DNA of 64,000 nt from an uncultured Gelidibacter sp. GTDB taxonomy: Bacteria; Bacteroidota; Bacteroidia; Flavobacteriales; Flavobacteriaceae. Position numbers and translations under genes: made by a program. Each line of letters begins with the position of its first letter. Positions within the stretch are counted from its first letter, which is position 1. Where the stretch lies: NCBI RefSeq assembly GCF_947500795.1, contig NZ_CANMTE010000007.1:12456-76455 (forward strand), read 5' to 3'. Shown here piece by piece: positions 11,596 to 21,112 of this stretch. A model generated the notes under the pieces. The model was given only the letters and a program-made list of their open reading frames with translations, was not told the DNA's origin and searched no databases.

Positions 11596-11636
11596 CTCTA
11601 ATTTCTTAAATTTTAACTGGTCTTCTCAGACAGCTT

Positions 11637-12947
11637 TTATTTTAGGGTTATTTCAACAATGGTATCAATTTCATTTTGGGCAGCTTCAGGAATTTCCATA
11701 AGCAACCCCGCTTTTGTTTGTTTGAATTTGACCGCACGTTTATCAGCGAATAATTTTACAGATTTGATGCGTTCTTTAAACTCAGGAATAACAAAGCCTT
11801 TAGGCTGTTTTTCTAACAGGTGAAGGTAAAGTGTCTTCCCCTTTTGGGTGGACACCCAAGCATCGGTTGGTGCTATACTTCCAGCTTTACTTCCGTAGAT
11901 GGTTTCGCCGTGAATGTTCAACCAATCGCCTATTGCAGCTAAGGATTGTACATGTTCCTCTTGGATTTTACCATTTGGCATTGGGCCAACATTCAGCAAT
12001 AAATTACTTCCAAAACCAGAAGCTCTGACCAATTGCTGAACTAATTCCCGTTTGGATCTATGGGTTCTATCCTGCAAATCAAAACCCCATGAGCCATTAA
12101 TGGTGGCACAAACCTCTCTTGGCAACTCGCCAACATCAGAAGCTGCAGTGCCAAAACCTGTTTTATTTTCGCCCGGCAAGTCGCGCTCAAACATTTGAAA
12201 ATCTTCGCCTGGTTTTAAGGCTAAATGATGATTATTTCCAATTAAACACTGCGGTTGCAAGTGGTGGATAAGTTTATAAATCTCATCATAATGCCAATCT
12301 GCATCTACTTTATCCCAATCGCCATCAAACCAAATTCCTGCAATCTCACCATAGTTGGTCAACAACTCGGTCAATTGCGCTTTCATAAACTTGATATAGG
12401 CATTCCAATCGCCTTCTTGTCGTCCAGCAATCCCGTTACCTGTTTTTCCTCTCGGAAAATAATCGTCGTTATGCCAATCCAATAAGGAATAATACAAAAA
12501 CAACTTTATCCCTTCCTTCTCACAGGCTTCCGCCAACTCTTTCAAAATATCCTTTCCGTAAGGTGTCTTTTCAACAATATTATACTCAGAAACTTTGGAG
12601 TCGAACATGGAAAATCCATCATGATGCCGTGTGGTGATGGTAATGTATTTCATTCCAGCATCTTTGGCCATTTTCACCCAAGCTTTCGCATCAAATTCCG
12701 TTGGATTAAAAAATGAAGTCAACTTTTCATAGGCATCAATGGCGATATTCTGATTGTTCATGACCCACTCGCCATCGCCCAAAATACTGTACACACCCCA
12801 ATGGATAAAGAGCCCAAATTTAGCCTCATCAAACCATTGACGCGCTTCCAAATTACTTTGGGTAGGGTGATAATCCGTTTGAGCAGACACCTCGTTGGTA
12901 AGACCAAAGAGCAGTAATGCGATTATTATAATCTGTTTTTTATTCAA
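11637..12947 (-). CDS. GH29 alpha-L-fucosidase (second paralog)
   Basis: WFDEAKFGLFIHWG, TTRHHDGFSMF, WFDGDW, NLLLNVGP; signal peptide. Confidence 0.95.
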   Translation of the reverse strand: MNKKQIIIIALLLFGLTNEVSAQTDYHPTQSNLEARQWFDEAKFGLFIHWGVYSILGDGEWVMNNQNIAIDAYEKLTSFFNPTEFDAKAWVKMAKDAGMKYITITTRHHDGFSMFDSKVSEYNIVEKTPYGKDILKELAEACEKEGIKLFLYYSLLDWHNDDYFPRGKTGNGIAGRQEGDWNAYIKFMKAQLTELLTNYGEIAGIWFDGDWDKVDADWHYDEIYKLIHHLQPQCLIGNNHHLALKPGEDFQMFERDLPGENKTGFGTAASDVGELPREVCATINGSWGFDLQDRTHRSKRELVQQLVRASGFGSNLLLNVGPMPNGKIQEEHVQSLAAIGDWLNIHGETIYGSKAGSIAPTDAWVSTQKGKTLYLHLLEKQPKGFVIPEFKERIKSVKLFADKRAVKFKQTKAGLLMEIPEAAQNEIDTIVEITLK

Positions 12948-12950
12948 GGT

Positions 12951-15281
12951 TTAATTGATTACAATTTCATCCACAAATAACCACACATCACCGCCAGTTG
13001 GAAGTGTTTTCATACTTTCAGCAACCACTTTTACATATCTTACGGATTGCTCATCAAAGGTAATTTTAAAATCTTTTAAATCGAACGACGGATTTTTAGC
13101 GAATGGTCTTTTCTCGACTCCTACTTCTTTATAAGTTTTCCCATCATTAGACACATACACTTTTACTGCGGTTGGGAAATAAATGCCAGGACCTTGATTT
13201 TCTAAAGTTCCTAGAATCACTTCGTGGATTGGCATTTCTTCGCCCAAATCGACCACAGCTTCCATGCCTTTAGCCAACCATGCTTGCCAATGGCCGTCTT
13301 GGAAATTTTTAGTACCGCGTAGGGTATTGACCAATCCAAATTCGCCTTCACCTTGATAACGCTCATCGTAAATTTCTTTAAACGTTACTTTTTTACCAAC
13401 GGCTTTATGGAATGCGATGGTCTTGCTAAATTGAACCCCAACAGGTTTATCATCTTTAAATAATGACGCGTGAATGGTGGTGGTTTTATCAATTTTTATT
13501 GGCTGCGTATATTTTGTGGCCTTATCCGTGAGTTTTTCGTCATTCAGACTGTAACGAATATCAGCATCAGTGAACTCGTTCTTTAATTCGACAGAAACTT
13601 CTTTGGTTTCCATATCGATTTTAACATCTTCCATCACCAAAAATGCACTTTTCGCGTAATTGACATCTAAGTAATCATAGCGCTTGAATTGTGATAGGAT
13701 TCTCTTAGAAAAATCATCCCAATTACGAGATGCCTTCGGACTCCACACGGCTTCTGACAATGCCGCTAACCTTGGGAATATCATATATTGTGAGTGTTCT
13801 TCGGTTTTAATTTGCTCTGACCACACGTTCGCTTGTCCGCCCAACACATGTTTTGCTTGTTCTGGCGTCATCGTTTCTACAACAGGATCAAACTCATACA
13901 CCTTGCTTAATGGTGTGTAACCACCCCAAGCTAACGGCTCTAAATTCTGTGGCCCTTGGTAATGGTCAAAATACATGTGCGAACCAGGCGTCATGACCAC
14001 ATCATGACCTTGCTCTGCCGCTTCAAGACCACCGGCAACACCTCTCCAACTCATCACGGTAGCTTCTGGAGCCAATCCGCCTTCTAAAATCTCATCCCAA
14101 CCAATCAGTTTTCTATCGTGTGATGAAATAAAACGCTCCATTCTTTTGATGAAATAGCTCTGCAATTCTTCAACATTCGCCAAACCTTCATCTTTCATTC
14201 GTTTTTGACAGTGCGGACATTTTGCCCAATTGGTTTTGGTCGCTTCATCACCACCAACATGGATGTATTCTGAAGGGAACAATTCCATCACTTCTAAAAG
14301 CACATTTTCTAAAAATTCAAAAGTGGATTCTTTACCAGCACAATAAATCTCGGTAATTGGCCAAACGCCGCCAGATGGCACACCGATTGGGGTTTCAAAA
14401 CAAGACAATTCTGGATAGGCTGCAATAGCACTCATCACGTGGGCTGGCATTTCAATTTCCGGAACCACCTGCACGCCTTTTGATTTCGCATAAGCTACAA
14501 TTTCTTTAATATCTTCTTGAGTATAGAAACCTCCGTAAGTTGCTTCATCTTCTGGCGTAGTAACGCGTCTGCCATCCCAATGTGCATCTTCCTGATCATT
14601 TCTAAAGGCACCGATTTCAGTCAGTTTTGGATATTTTTTAATTTCAATTCGCCAGCCTTGATCGTCTACCAAGTGAAAATGAAACACGTTCATTTTGTGC
14701 ATGGCCAACATATCAATAGTTTCTTTGATGTATGATTTCTCGAAAAAATGACGTGAAACGTCTAAATGCAATCCTCTCCATTTAAAGCGCGGCTCATCTT
14801 TAATGATCAAATTAGGAATCACCCAATCCGTTTGATTTAAAACCTCTTTACTTTCAATTTCCACCGGCAATAACTGTCGGATGGTTTCTAAACCATATAA
14901 AAATCCGGAATATGTTTTTGCTTTGATGGTGACTTTATCTGAATTGACCACCAATTCATATGCTTCATCGTTCAGGCTATCATCGCTGATAAATTCGATA
15001 TAATTCGATTTTGGTGCTTTCTCAGAAATTTTTAAAGTCCACCCTGCGGCAGATTTAAATTTGTCCGATAATATGGAAACAATCTCTTTTTGAGACGCCT
15101 CTGAAATGACAAATTGGGTGTCGTCATTAAACTCAAATACACCTTGGGCCAATTGTAAGTCGACCGGTTTTGGAATGATGGCAATGTCAGCCTCAGTAAA
15201 AACCTTAGTTTCCTTTTTTTCTTGGCAAGACGCCGTGATGACGACTAACATCAGCACCAAAATCCTTTTAAATACACTCAT
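12951..15281 (-). CDS. GH20 beta-N-acetylhexosaminidase lipoprotein with C-terminal FN3-like and F5/8 (discoidin-like) domains
   Basis: Lipobox ITASC; DEPRFKWRGLHLDVSRHF, HFHLVDDQGWR, IHVGGDEA catalytic Asp-Glu pair, GGQANVWSE. Confidence 0.95.
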   Translation of the reverse strand: MSVFKRILVLMLVVITASCQEKKETKVFTEADIAIIPKPVDLQLAQGVFEFNDDTQFVISEASQKEIVSILSDKFKSAAGWTLKISEKAPKSNYIEFISDDSLNDEAYELVVNSDKVTIKAKTYSGFLYGLETIRQLLPVEIESKEVLNQTDWVIPNLIIKDEPRFKWRGLHLDVSRHFFEKSYIKETIDMLAMHKMNVFHFHLVDDQGWRIEIKKYPKLTEIGAFRNDQEDAHWDGRRVTTPEDEATYGGFYTQEDIKEIVAYAKSKGVQVVPEIEMPAHVMSAIAAYPELSCFETPIGVPSGGVWPITEIYCAGKESTFEFLENVLLEVMELFPSEYIHVGGDEATKTNWAKCPHCQKRMKDEGLANVEELQSYFIKRMERFISSHDRKLIGWDEILEGGLAPEATVMSWRGVAGGLEAAEQGHDVVMTPGSHMYFDHYQGPQNLEPLAWGGYTPLSKVYEFDPVVETMTPEQAKHVLGGQANVWSEQIKTEEHSQYMIFPRLAALSEAVWSPKASRNWDDFSKRILSQFKRYDYLDVNYAKSAFLVMEDVKIDMETKEVSVELKNEFTDADIRYSLNDEKLTDKATKYTQPIKIDKTTTIHASLFKDDKPVGVQFSKTIAFHKAVGKKVTFKEIYDERYQGEGEFGLVNTLRGTKNFQDGHWQAWLAKGMEAVVDLGEEMPIHEVILGTLENQGPGIYFPTAVKVYVSNDGKTYKEVGVEKRPFAKNPSFDLKDFKITFDEQSVRYVKVVAESMKTLPTGGDVWLFVDEIVIN

Positions 15282-15326
15282 TTTTCTAATTTTTATATGA
15301 TCACTACGTTTATTCTCTATTGACTC

Positions 15327-16346
15327 TTAGTTATCCCAAGACATTTTAAAGGTCGCATCTTCCATTCGATTGCCATGTGCATCATCACAAACGGCATAAT
15401 TAAATCCGGAACGTAAGCTATACCCTGCATGTTCGCCATTTTTATTGATGGCGATAAAACCGACTTGCAGATACTCCATGTCTTTATGGTTTTTGTGCTT
15501 GTCGTAAATACGCTCCACAATTTCCTTACAAGCTTCAAATGGCGATTTACCTTGACGCATCAACTCCACCACCATGGCACTTCCGGCAGTTCTAATAACC
15601 GCTTCTCCCAAACCTGTGGCAGCTGCAGCACCAACTTCATTATCTAAAAATAAGCCTGCACCAATGATTGGCGAATCGCCTACACGACCGTGCATTTTCC
15701 AAGCCGCCCCACTAGTCGTACAGCCTCCAGAAATATTGCCTGCTTCATCAATAACCAACATTGAAATGGTATCGTGATTTTCCATATTGATGACCGGTTT
15801 GTATTTGGATTCTTCCATCCACTTTTTCCAATCCGCTTCTGCTTCTGCCGTTAAGAGGTTTTCTTCCTTAAAACCTTCTGCTAAGGCAAACTGAAGTGCA
15901 CCTTGACCTGACAGCATCACGTGTGGCGTATTTTGTAATACTTTTTTAGCCACAGAAATAGGGTGCTTAATGCCTTGCAAAAAGGACACCGAGCCACAGT
16001 CGCTATTATGATCCATGATACAGGCATCTAAAGTTACTTTGCCTTCTCGGTCAGGAAATCCGCCGTAGCCCACACTTCTGACTTCAGGATCCGCTTCAGG
16101 AATTTTCATTCCGGCTTCAATAGCATCTAAAGCTGATTTGCCGTTTTTTAACTGTTTCCAAGTTTCATCGTTGGCTGGTAAACCGTGGTTCCATGTGGAA
16201 ATCACCAAAGGCTTCACCGCTTTTTTATCAGGATTTACTGTGGGGATGACCGCAGTATTTGCAGCAGTACTACTACAGCTCAAGACCGAACTGATGCCGA
16301 TAGTTCCTAAGGCTGCTTTCTTTATAAAATCTCTTCTGTCTGACAT
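15327..16346 (-). CDS. aspG: N4-(beta-N-acetylglucosaminyl)-L-asparaginase (glycosylasparaginase, Ntn hydrolase)
   Basis: Tat motif SDRRDFIK; STWNHG, SVGYGGFPD, autoproteolysis site NHD|TISML, GRVGDSPIIGAG. Confidence 0.93.
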   Translation of the reverse strand: MSDRRDFIKKAALGTIGISSVLSCSSTAANTAVIPTVNPDKKAVKPLVISTWNHGLPANDETWKQLKNGKSALDAIEAGMKIPEADPEVRSVGYGGFPDREGKVTLDACIMDHNSDCGSVSFLQGIKHPISVAKKVLQNTPHVMLSGQGALQFALAEGFKEENLLTAEAEADWKKWMEESKYKPVINMENHDTISMLVIDEAGNISGGCTTSGAAWKMHGRVGDSPIIGAGLFLDNEVGAAAATGLGEAVIRTAGSAMVVELMRQGKSPFEACKEIVERIYDKHKNHKDMEYLQVGFIAINKNGEHAGYSLRSGFNYAVCDDAHGNRMEDATFKMSWDN

Positions 16347-16357
16347 AACATAGGTAT

Positions 16358-18604
16358 TTAATGATATAGTTTTGAGGATGGTGCCATGGTATTGCTCGTG
16401 TTTGTATTAGGAGTATCTCCCATTTTGAACACCAACGTGCCGCCGGCCATAATTTCTTTATGTGTGATGTGATTTCGTTGTATGGTTTTACCATTTAAGG
16501 AAATCGATTGAATGTAAATATTGTCTTTTGAATTGTCCAAGGCTTTCACTGTGAAGGTCTTGCCGTTTTCTAAATTCAGTACGGCAGAATCGATTAAGGG
16601 CGATCCAAACGCGTACACCCCTTGTGCAGGGTTTACAGGATAAAATCCGAGAGCGCTAAACACATACCAAGACGACATTTGTCCGCAGTCTTCGTTCCCA
16701 CAATGCCCGTTAGGTTCATTTTTGTATTGGGTTTCCATGATGTCGCGGACTAATTTTTGCGTTTTCCAAGGTTTATCAATGTAGTTGTAAAGATAGCCCA
16801 CATGATGGCTCGGTTCATTGCCGTGGGCATATTGCCCAATCATTCCTGTACTAAAAATAGGTAATTTATCGCCCGGAAGGGGATCTAATGAAAACATGGA
16901 ATCGAGTTTTCTTTCGAATAATCCATTACCGCCAACCCGCTCGGCTAGACCTTCAATATTGTGTTGCACGGACCAGAAATACTGCCAGGCATTGCTCTCG
17001 CAAAAATGTGCCGAATACTCTTTAGGAACAAAGTCTGCTATAAATGTCCCATCCTCTAATTTAGGACGCATAAAGGTGCTTTGGGTATCGTAAACGTTAC
17101 GCCAATTTTCGGAACGCTTCATAAATGTGTTATAATCGTCGGTTTTGCCTAATGCTTTGGCGAATTGGGCAATGCACCAGTCATCATAAGCGTATTCCAA
17201 GGTTTTTGAAACCGACCAATCTTCGCCACCCTCACCAACTGGAACATAGCCCAATGCCATATACTTATCAATTTCTCGAGACGCATCTGTGGCACTGGCA
17301 ATGCAGGCTTCGTAAGCCAAATCAGCATCAAAATTTTCAATGCCTTTGAAGTAAGCGTCCACTATCACTGGAACAGCGTGGTAGCCAATCATCATATTGG
17401 TTTCATTACCCTGCATGGACCAAACTGGCAACAGTCCCGTTTCTTTATAATGGGCCAACATGGAGTTGACCATGTCTGACACGCGATTCGGATGTACAAT
17501 GGTATAGAGCGGATGGGCGGCGCGATAGGTATCCCACAATGAAAAGGTGTCATACCGATCAAAGTCTTGCGCATTCATGATGGAATCGTTGGCACCTTTG
17601 TAGTTGCGGTTAGGATCGCTCAATACCGTTGGTGCCAACATGGATTGGTACAGCATGGTGTAAAAAATCCGTTTTTTAGTCTCGTCAGCTACGGTGATGT
17701 TGATTTTATGGAGTTGCGTTTCCCATTTCTGTTCTGCCTGATACCTTAAGGCTTCAAAATCAAAATTCGGGGCTTCAGTTTCTAAAGATTTATAGGCACC
17801 TTCTAAATTTGCCGAAGACACTCCAGTTTTCAGGATGATGACCTCATCGGCTTCTGTTTTATAATCTAAAATGATTTTCGTGTTTTTAGCGGTGACTGGG
17901 GAATTGCTAAGCGAATCGTTCTTATAAACGTGATAGTTTTGGAAAGGTTTGGAAAGTTGCATCACAAAATAGACCCGCTGATCTCTTGCCCAGCCGGTCG
18001 ATTTCCGATAGCCTTCAATCGTAGTTTCATTAACCACATTGATATGGGTTTCGGTAGGACTGTCCCAGTTTAAGGCGTAGCCTAAATCGATATGAATTTG
18101 CGTACTGTCGTCTTTTGGGAAGGTGTATTTATGAATTCCTGTACGTTCGGTAGCGGTCAACTCGGCTTTGATACCATAATCTAACAAGTCTACCGTGTAA
18201 TAACCTGGAGTGGCGGCTTCTTTCTCGTGAGAATAACTTGAGAAAGGTTTGAAGCTATTGGCTTCCATGCGCTCAGAAAAGCGACTGTTGGTTGGCATTA
18301 CCAGAATATCGTAAAGATCTCCAGCGCCAGTTCCGGACAAGTGCATGTGCGAAAACCCAGAAATAATAGAATCTTGATAAAAGTAACCCGCAATCCTGTC
18401 CCAACCTGGAATGCCGATATCGGGACTCAACTGCACCATCCCGAAAGGAACGGTGGCACCCGGATAGGTATTCCCCGGCCCATCCGTGCCAATAAACGGA
18501 TTCACGTACTGGGTTAATTTCTCCTGAGGCACTACGGCTTTAGGTGCTTTGCAGTGCCACAAAAACCCCATACACAAAAGACCTATTACCGCAAATTTTC
18601 TCAT
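16358..18604 (-). CDS. GH92 alpha-mannosidase
   Basis: YVNPFIGTDGPGNTYPGA, FSLWDTYRA, FCESNAWQY, GNEDCGQMSSW. Probable start 18604 (ORF track 18613). Confidence 0.95.
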   Translation of the reverse strand: MRKFAVIGLLCMGFLWHCKAPKAVVPQEKLTQYVNPFIGTDGPGNTYPGATVPFGMVQLSPDIGIPGWDRIAGYFYQDSIISGFSHMHLSGTGAGDLYDILVMPTNSRFSERMEANSFKPFSSYSHEKEAATPGYYTVDLLDYGIKAELTATERTGIHKYTFPKDDSTQIHIDLGYALNWDSPTETHINVVNETTIEGYRKSTGWARDQRVYFVMQLSKPFQNYHVYKNDSLSNSPVTAKNTKIILDYKTEADEVIILKTGVSSANLEGAYKSLETEAPNFDFEALRYQAEQKWETQLHKINITVADETKKRIFYTMLYQSMLAPTVLSDPNRNYKGANDSIMNAQDFDRYDTFSLWDTYRAAHPLYTIVHPNRVSDMVNSMLAHYKETGLLPVWSMQGNETNMMIGYHAVPVIVDAYFKGIENFDADLAYEACIASATDASREIDKYMALGYVPVGEGGEDWSVSKTLEYAYDDWCIAQFAKALGKTDDYNTFMKRSENWRNVYDTQSTFMRPKLEDGTFIADFVPKEYSAHFCESNAWQYFWSVQHNIEGLAERVGGNGLFERKLDSMFSLDPLPGDKLPIFSTGMIGQYAHGNEPSHHVGYLYNYIDKPWKTQKLVRDIMETQYKNEPNGHCGNEDCGQMSSWYVFSALGFYPVNPAQGVYAFGSPLIDSAVLNLENGKTFTVKALDNSKDNIYIQSISLNGKTIQRNHITHKEIMAGGTLVFKMGDTPNTNTSNTMAPSSKLYH

Positions 18605-18621
18605 AACCCTCAATTCTCTAT

Positions 18622-18649
18622 TTTTCTCTTCTCTCTTCTCTCTTCTCTC
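18622..18649 (+). repeat. Heptamer simple-sequence repeat (TTCTCTC)x3 plus one degenerate unit
   Basis: Perfect TTCTCTC at 18629, 18636 and 18643; TTTTCTC at 18622. Fills the spacer between the MFS stop and the GH92 start. Confidence 0.85.
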
Positions 18650-19963
18650 TTAAACAACAACTACCTTCGATTTCCCATTTTTATACCCAAACCACACAAT
18701 GTACGCATAGCACAGCACTATAAAAATCAAGGCATTTTTAAACGCTATCTGATCGGTTAAAAACCCGAACGTTGGCGGAATTATGGCACCTCCCACAATG
18801 GCTGTACACAACAATCCTGAAGCTTTAGGCTTCAAATGCCCAATGCCGTCAATAGCTAAAGTGAAAATGGTAGGGAACATGATAGAATTGAACAAACCAA
18901 CCGCCAAAATACTCCACATGCTCACTAAACCGACAGTACTGATTGATAGTACAATCAAGCTAATGGAAATGGTGGCGAAAATGGCCAAGACTTTTCCTGG
19001 TTTCATGATCCGCGTGAGGTAAGCACCTGCAAACCTTCCAATCATGGCGCCAGACCAATAAAATGTTACAAACACACCTACGACGGCTTTATCGTCTTTA
19101 TCTGCCAATCCTGAATTTAGGATGGCTTCTGCTATAGATCGCATCATACTGGATTCTTTGATGACCGAAACAAGGTTCATGTCTAAAAAGTAGTTCACCA
19201 AATAACTCCCAATGGCTACCTCAGCACCTACATAAAAGAAGATCCCCAATACGCCTTGCATCAATTTTTTATTTTTTAAAGCTTCCATATACGTTCCGGT
19301 AGAAGTTTCCGAAATCATGGTCGGTAATTTTGCAAACAAGAAGATAACCGCGATCAGTCCTATAAAAAGTGCCAAACCTAAAAATGGCGTTTGCACGGCT
19401 GCAGCTTCTGCGGTGAGGTAGGCTTCCTTTGCAGAACCATCCAATACGGCTATTTCTTCCTTGGTCTTTATCACATCACTCAAAATAAACAAGGCGCCAA
19501 TTGCCGGCGCGATAGCGGTACCTAATGAATTAAAGGCTTGCGAAAGGTTTAATCTACTCGATGCGCCATCTTCTGAACCCAGGACAGCTACAAATGGATT
19601 CGCGGCTACCTGCAAAATGGTCATACCTCCTGCCAAAATAAAATACGCTAACATAAAAACCCCAAAGATGCGATAGGATGCGGCTGGATAAAACAGCAAA
19701 CAGCCCAAAGCCATAGTCAACAATCCCAGAATTATTCCCTTTTTATATCCAATTTTAGAAAGGATATAACTCGCAGGGATGGACAGTAGAAAATAAGCTC
19801 CAAAAAATGCAAATTGGACCAGTCCTGCCTGAAAATAAGTTAAGGTAAACAATTCACGCAAGCGCGGAATCAGGGAATCGACGAGTACTGTTATGAATCC
19901 CCAAAGGAAAAATAAGATGGTCAATAAAATAAATGCGGAGCGGTATGATTTCTGGTTTGACAT
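18650..19963 (-). CDS. MFS sugar:H+ symporter, FucP/GluP family
   Basis: LFFLWGF, QFAFFGAYF, RLNLSQAFNSLG, YVGAEV, NSIMFPTIF; about 12 hydrophobic segments. Confidence 0.92.
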   Translation of the reverse strand: MSNQKSYRSAFILLTILFFLWGFITVLVDSLIPRLRELFTLTYFQAGLVQFAFFGAYFLLSIPASYILSKIGYKKGIILGLLTMALGCLLFYPAASYRIFGVFMLAYFILAGGMTILQVAANPFVAVLGSEDGASSRLNLSQAFNSLGTAIAPAIGALFILSDVIKTKEEIAVLDGSAKEAYLTAEAAAVQTPFLGLALFIGLIAVIFLFAKLPTMISETSTGTYMEALKNKKLMQGVLGIFFYVGAEVAIGSYLVNYFLDMNLVSVIKESSMMRSIAEAILNSGLADKDDKAVVGVFVTFYWSGAMIGRFAGAYLTRIMKPGKVLAIFATISISLIVLSISTVGLVSMWSILAVGLFNSIMFPTIFTLAIDGIGHLKPKASGLLCTAIVGGAIIPPTFGFLTDQIAFKNALIFIVLCYAYIVWFGYKNGKSKVVVV

Positions 19964-19973
19964 AGGTTGTGAG

Positions 19974-21095
19974 TTAGTTAAAGCTTCCTTTTATTTCTTT
20001 AATAGTCTGTAAATATGCATCTGTTAATTGTGGTCCGTCAAAAAACGTCACGCCTTTAGCACCGTTGTCCTTAGCATAATGAATGGCTTCTTTGAGTTCT
20101 TCGGCAGAGGTAAACGGGGGTAGAAAAACGCCAGTATGTAATCCGACATTTTTAGATTCTAAATCGGTGACACCTTGTTTGGTGGCATAACCAATCCAAT
20201 CGATTTCTTCGTTGTAAAAGCCGTGGTAAATCATCGGATAAACGGCATCAATATTCCATTTATCCCAACGTTGGCGGACCATATGGTCAGCCATTTCTGG
20301 ATAAGGGAACACGGCAGCGGTTAATTTTTTGTTGTTTTTGTGCACAATATCGTAAGCGTCATTGACCAAGTTTCTAATGGCATTCAAACGGAAATTCTTC
20401 CATTCCATGTCAATAGCAGTATTAGTGCTTTCCAGTGGATTTTTATGATGGATTTTTTCGAAGGCACTGATACACGCTTCACAGTAACAGAAGTCGTATT
20501 CTGCCATTTCAGTATCTTGGGTAAGGTTGTATTTAGGCAACAACCCTATCGGTAGGAAAATATCCGGAAAACGGATATAATCGAGATGTACACTTTCAAT
20601 GCCTTCCACTTTAGCCATGCGTTCTACTAAACTTAAAATATGGTTTCGAGAAGCTTCTCTGGTAGGGCATAACCATTGGTAATAGTTCACATAAGGCCAC
20701 GTATCATAGCAGGATTTGCCGTCTCTACTGACCATATACCACTCCGGATGTTTTTGGGCAATGGTGTCTCCCGGTCGGTTAACCGCCCACATCCAAGCAT
20801 GAACTTTAAGACCTTCTTTTGATGCTATAGCAACGAGACGCTCCAATTCTTTAACATCTGTCGCCGTATTGATTAATAACTCATCAATACCACCTGCTTT
20901 GTAGCGTTTGAATTCAGCGGCATAATCGGCATTGGATTTTTTTTTGTTTGAAGTGATCCAGGTGCCAAAATTAAAATCCCCCATGTCTGCGGACTTCACA
21001 GTTGCTGCAGTCTCTTGTTTGCGTTCCTTTTGATTACAGCCAGCAAACGCTACGACAATCAGAAACAAAGACAAATATGTGGTTATTCTCCGCAT
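19974..21095 (-). CDS. Putative glycoside hydrolase, GHL10/DUF187-like lipoprotein
   Basis: Lipobox FAGC; GLKVHAWMW, HPEWY, WLCPT, HLDYIRFP and PMIY motifs of the GHL10-like TIM-barrel family. Confidence 0.75.
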   Translation of the reverse strand: MRRITTYLSLFLIVVAFAGCNQKERKQETAATVKSADMGDFNFGTWITSNKKKSNADYAAEFKRYKAGGIDELLINTATDVKELERLVAIASKEGLKVHAWMWAVNRPGDTIAQKHPEWYMVSRDGKSCYDTWPYVNYYQWLCPTREASRNHILSLVERMAKVEGIESVHLDYIRFPDIFLPIGLLPKYNLTQDTEMAEYDFCYCEACISAFEKIHHKNPLESTNTAIDMEWKNFRLNAIRNLVNDAYDIVHKNNKKLTAAVFPYPEMADHMVRQRWDKWNIDAVYPMIYHGFYNEEIDWIGYATKQGVTDLESKNVGLHTGVFLPPFTSAEELKEAIHYAKDNGAKGVTFFDGPQLTDAYLQTIKEIKGSFN

Positions 21096-21112
21096 GCAAA
21101 TAATTATTTATA

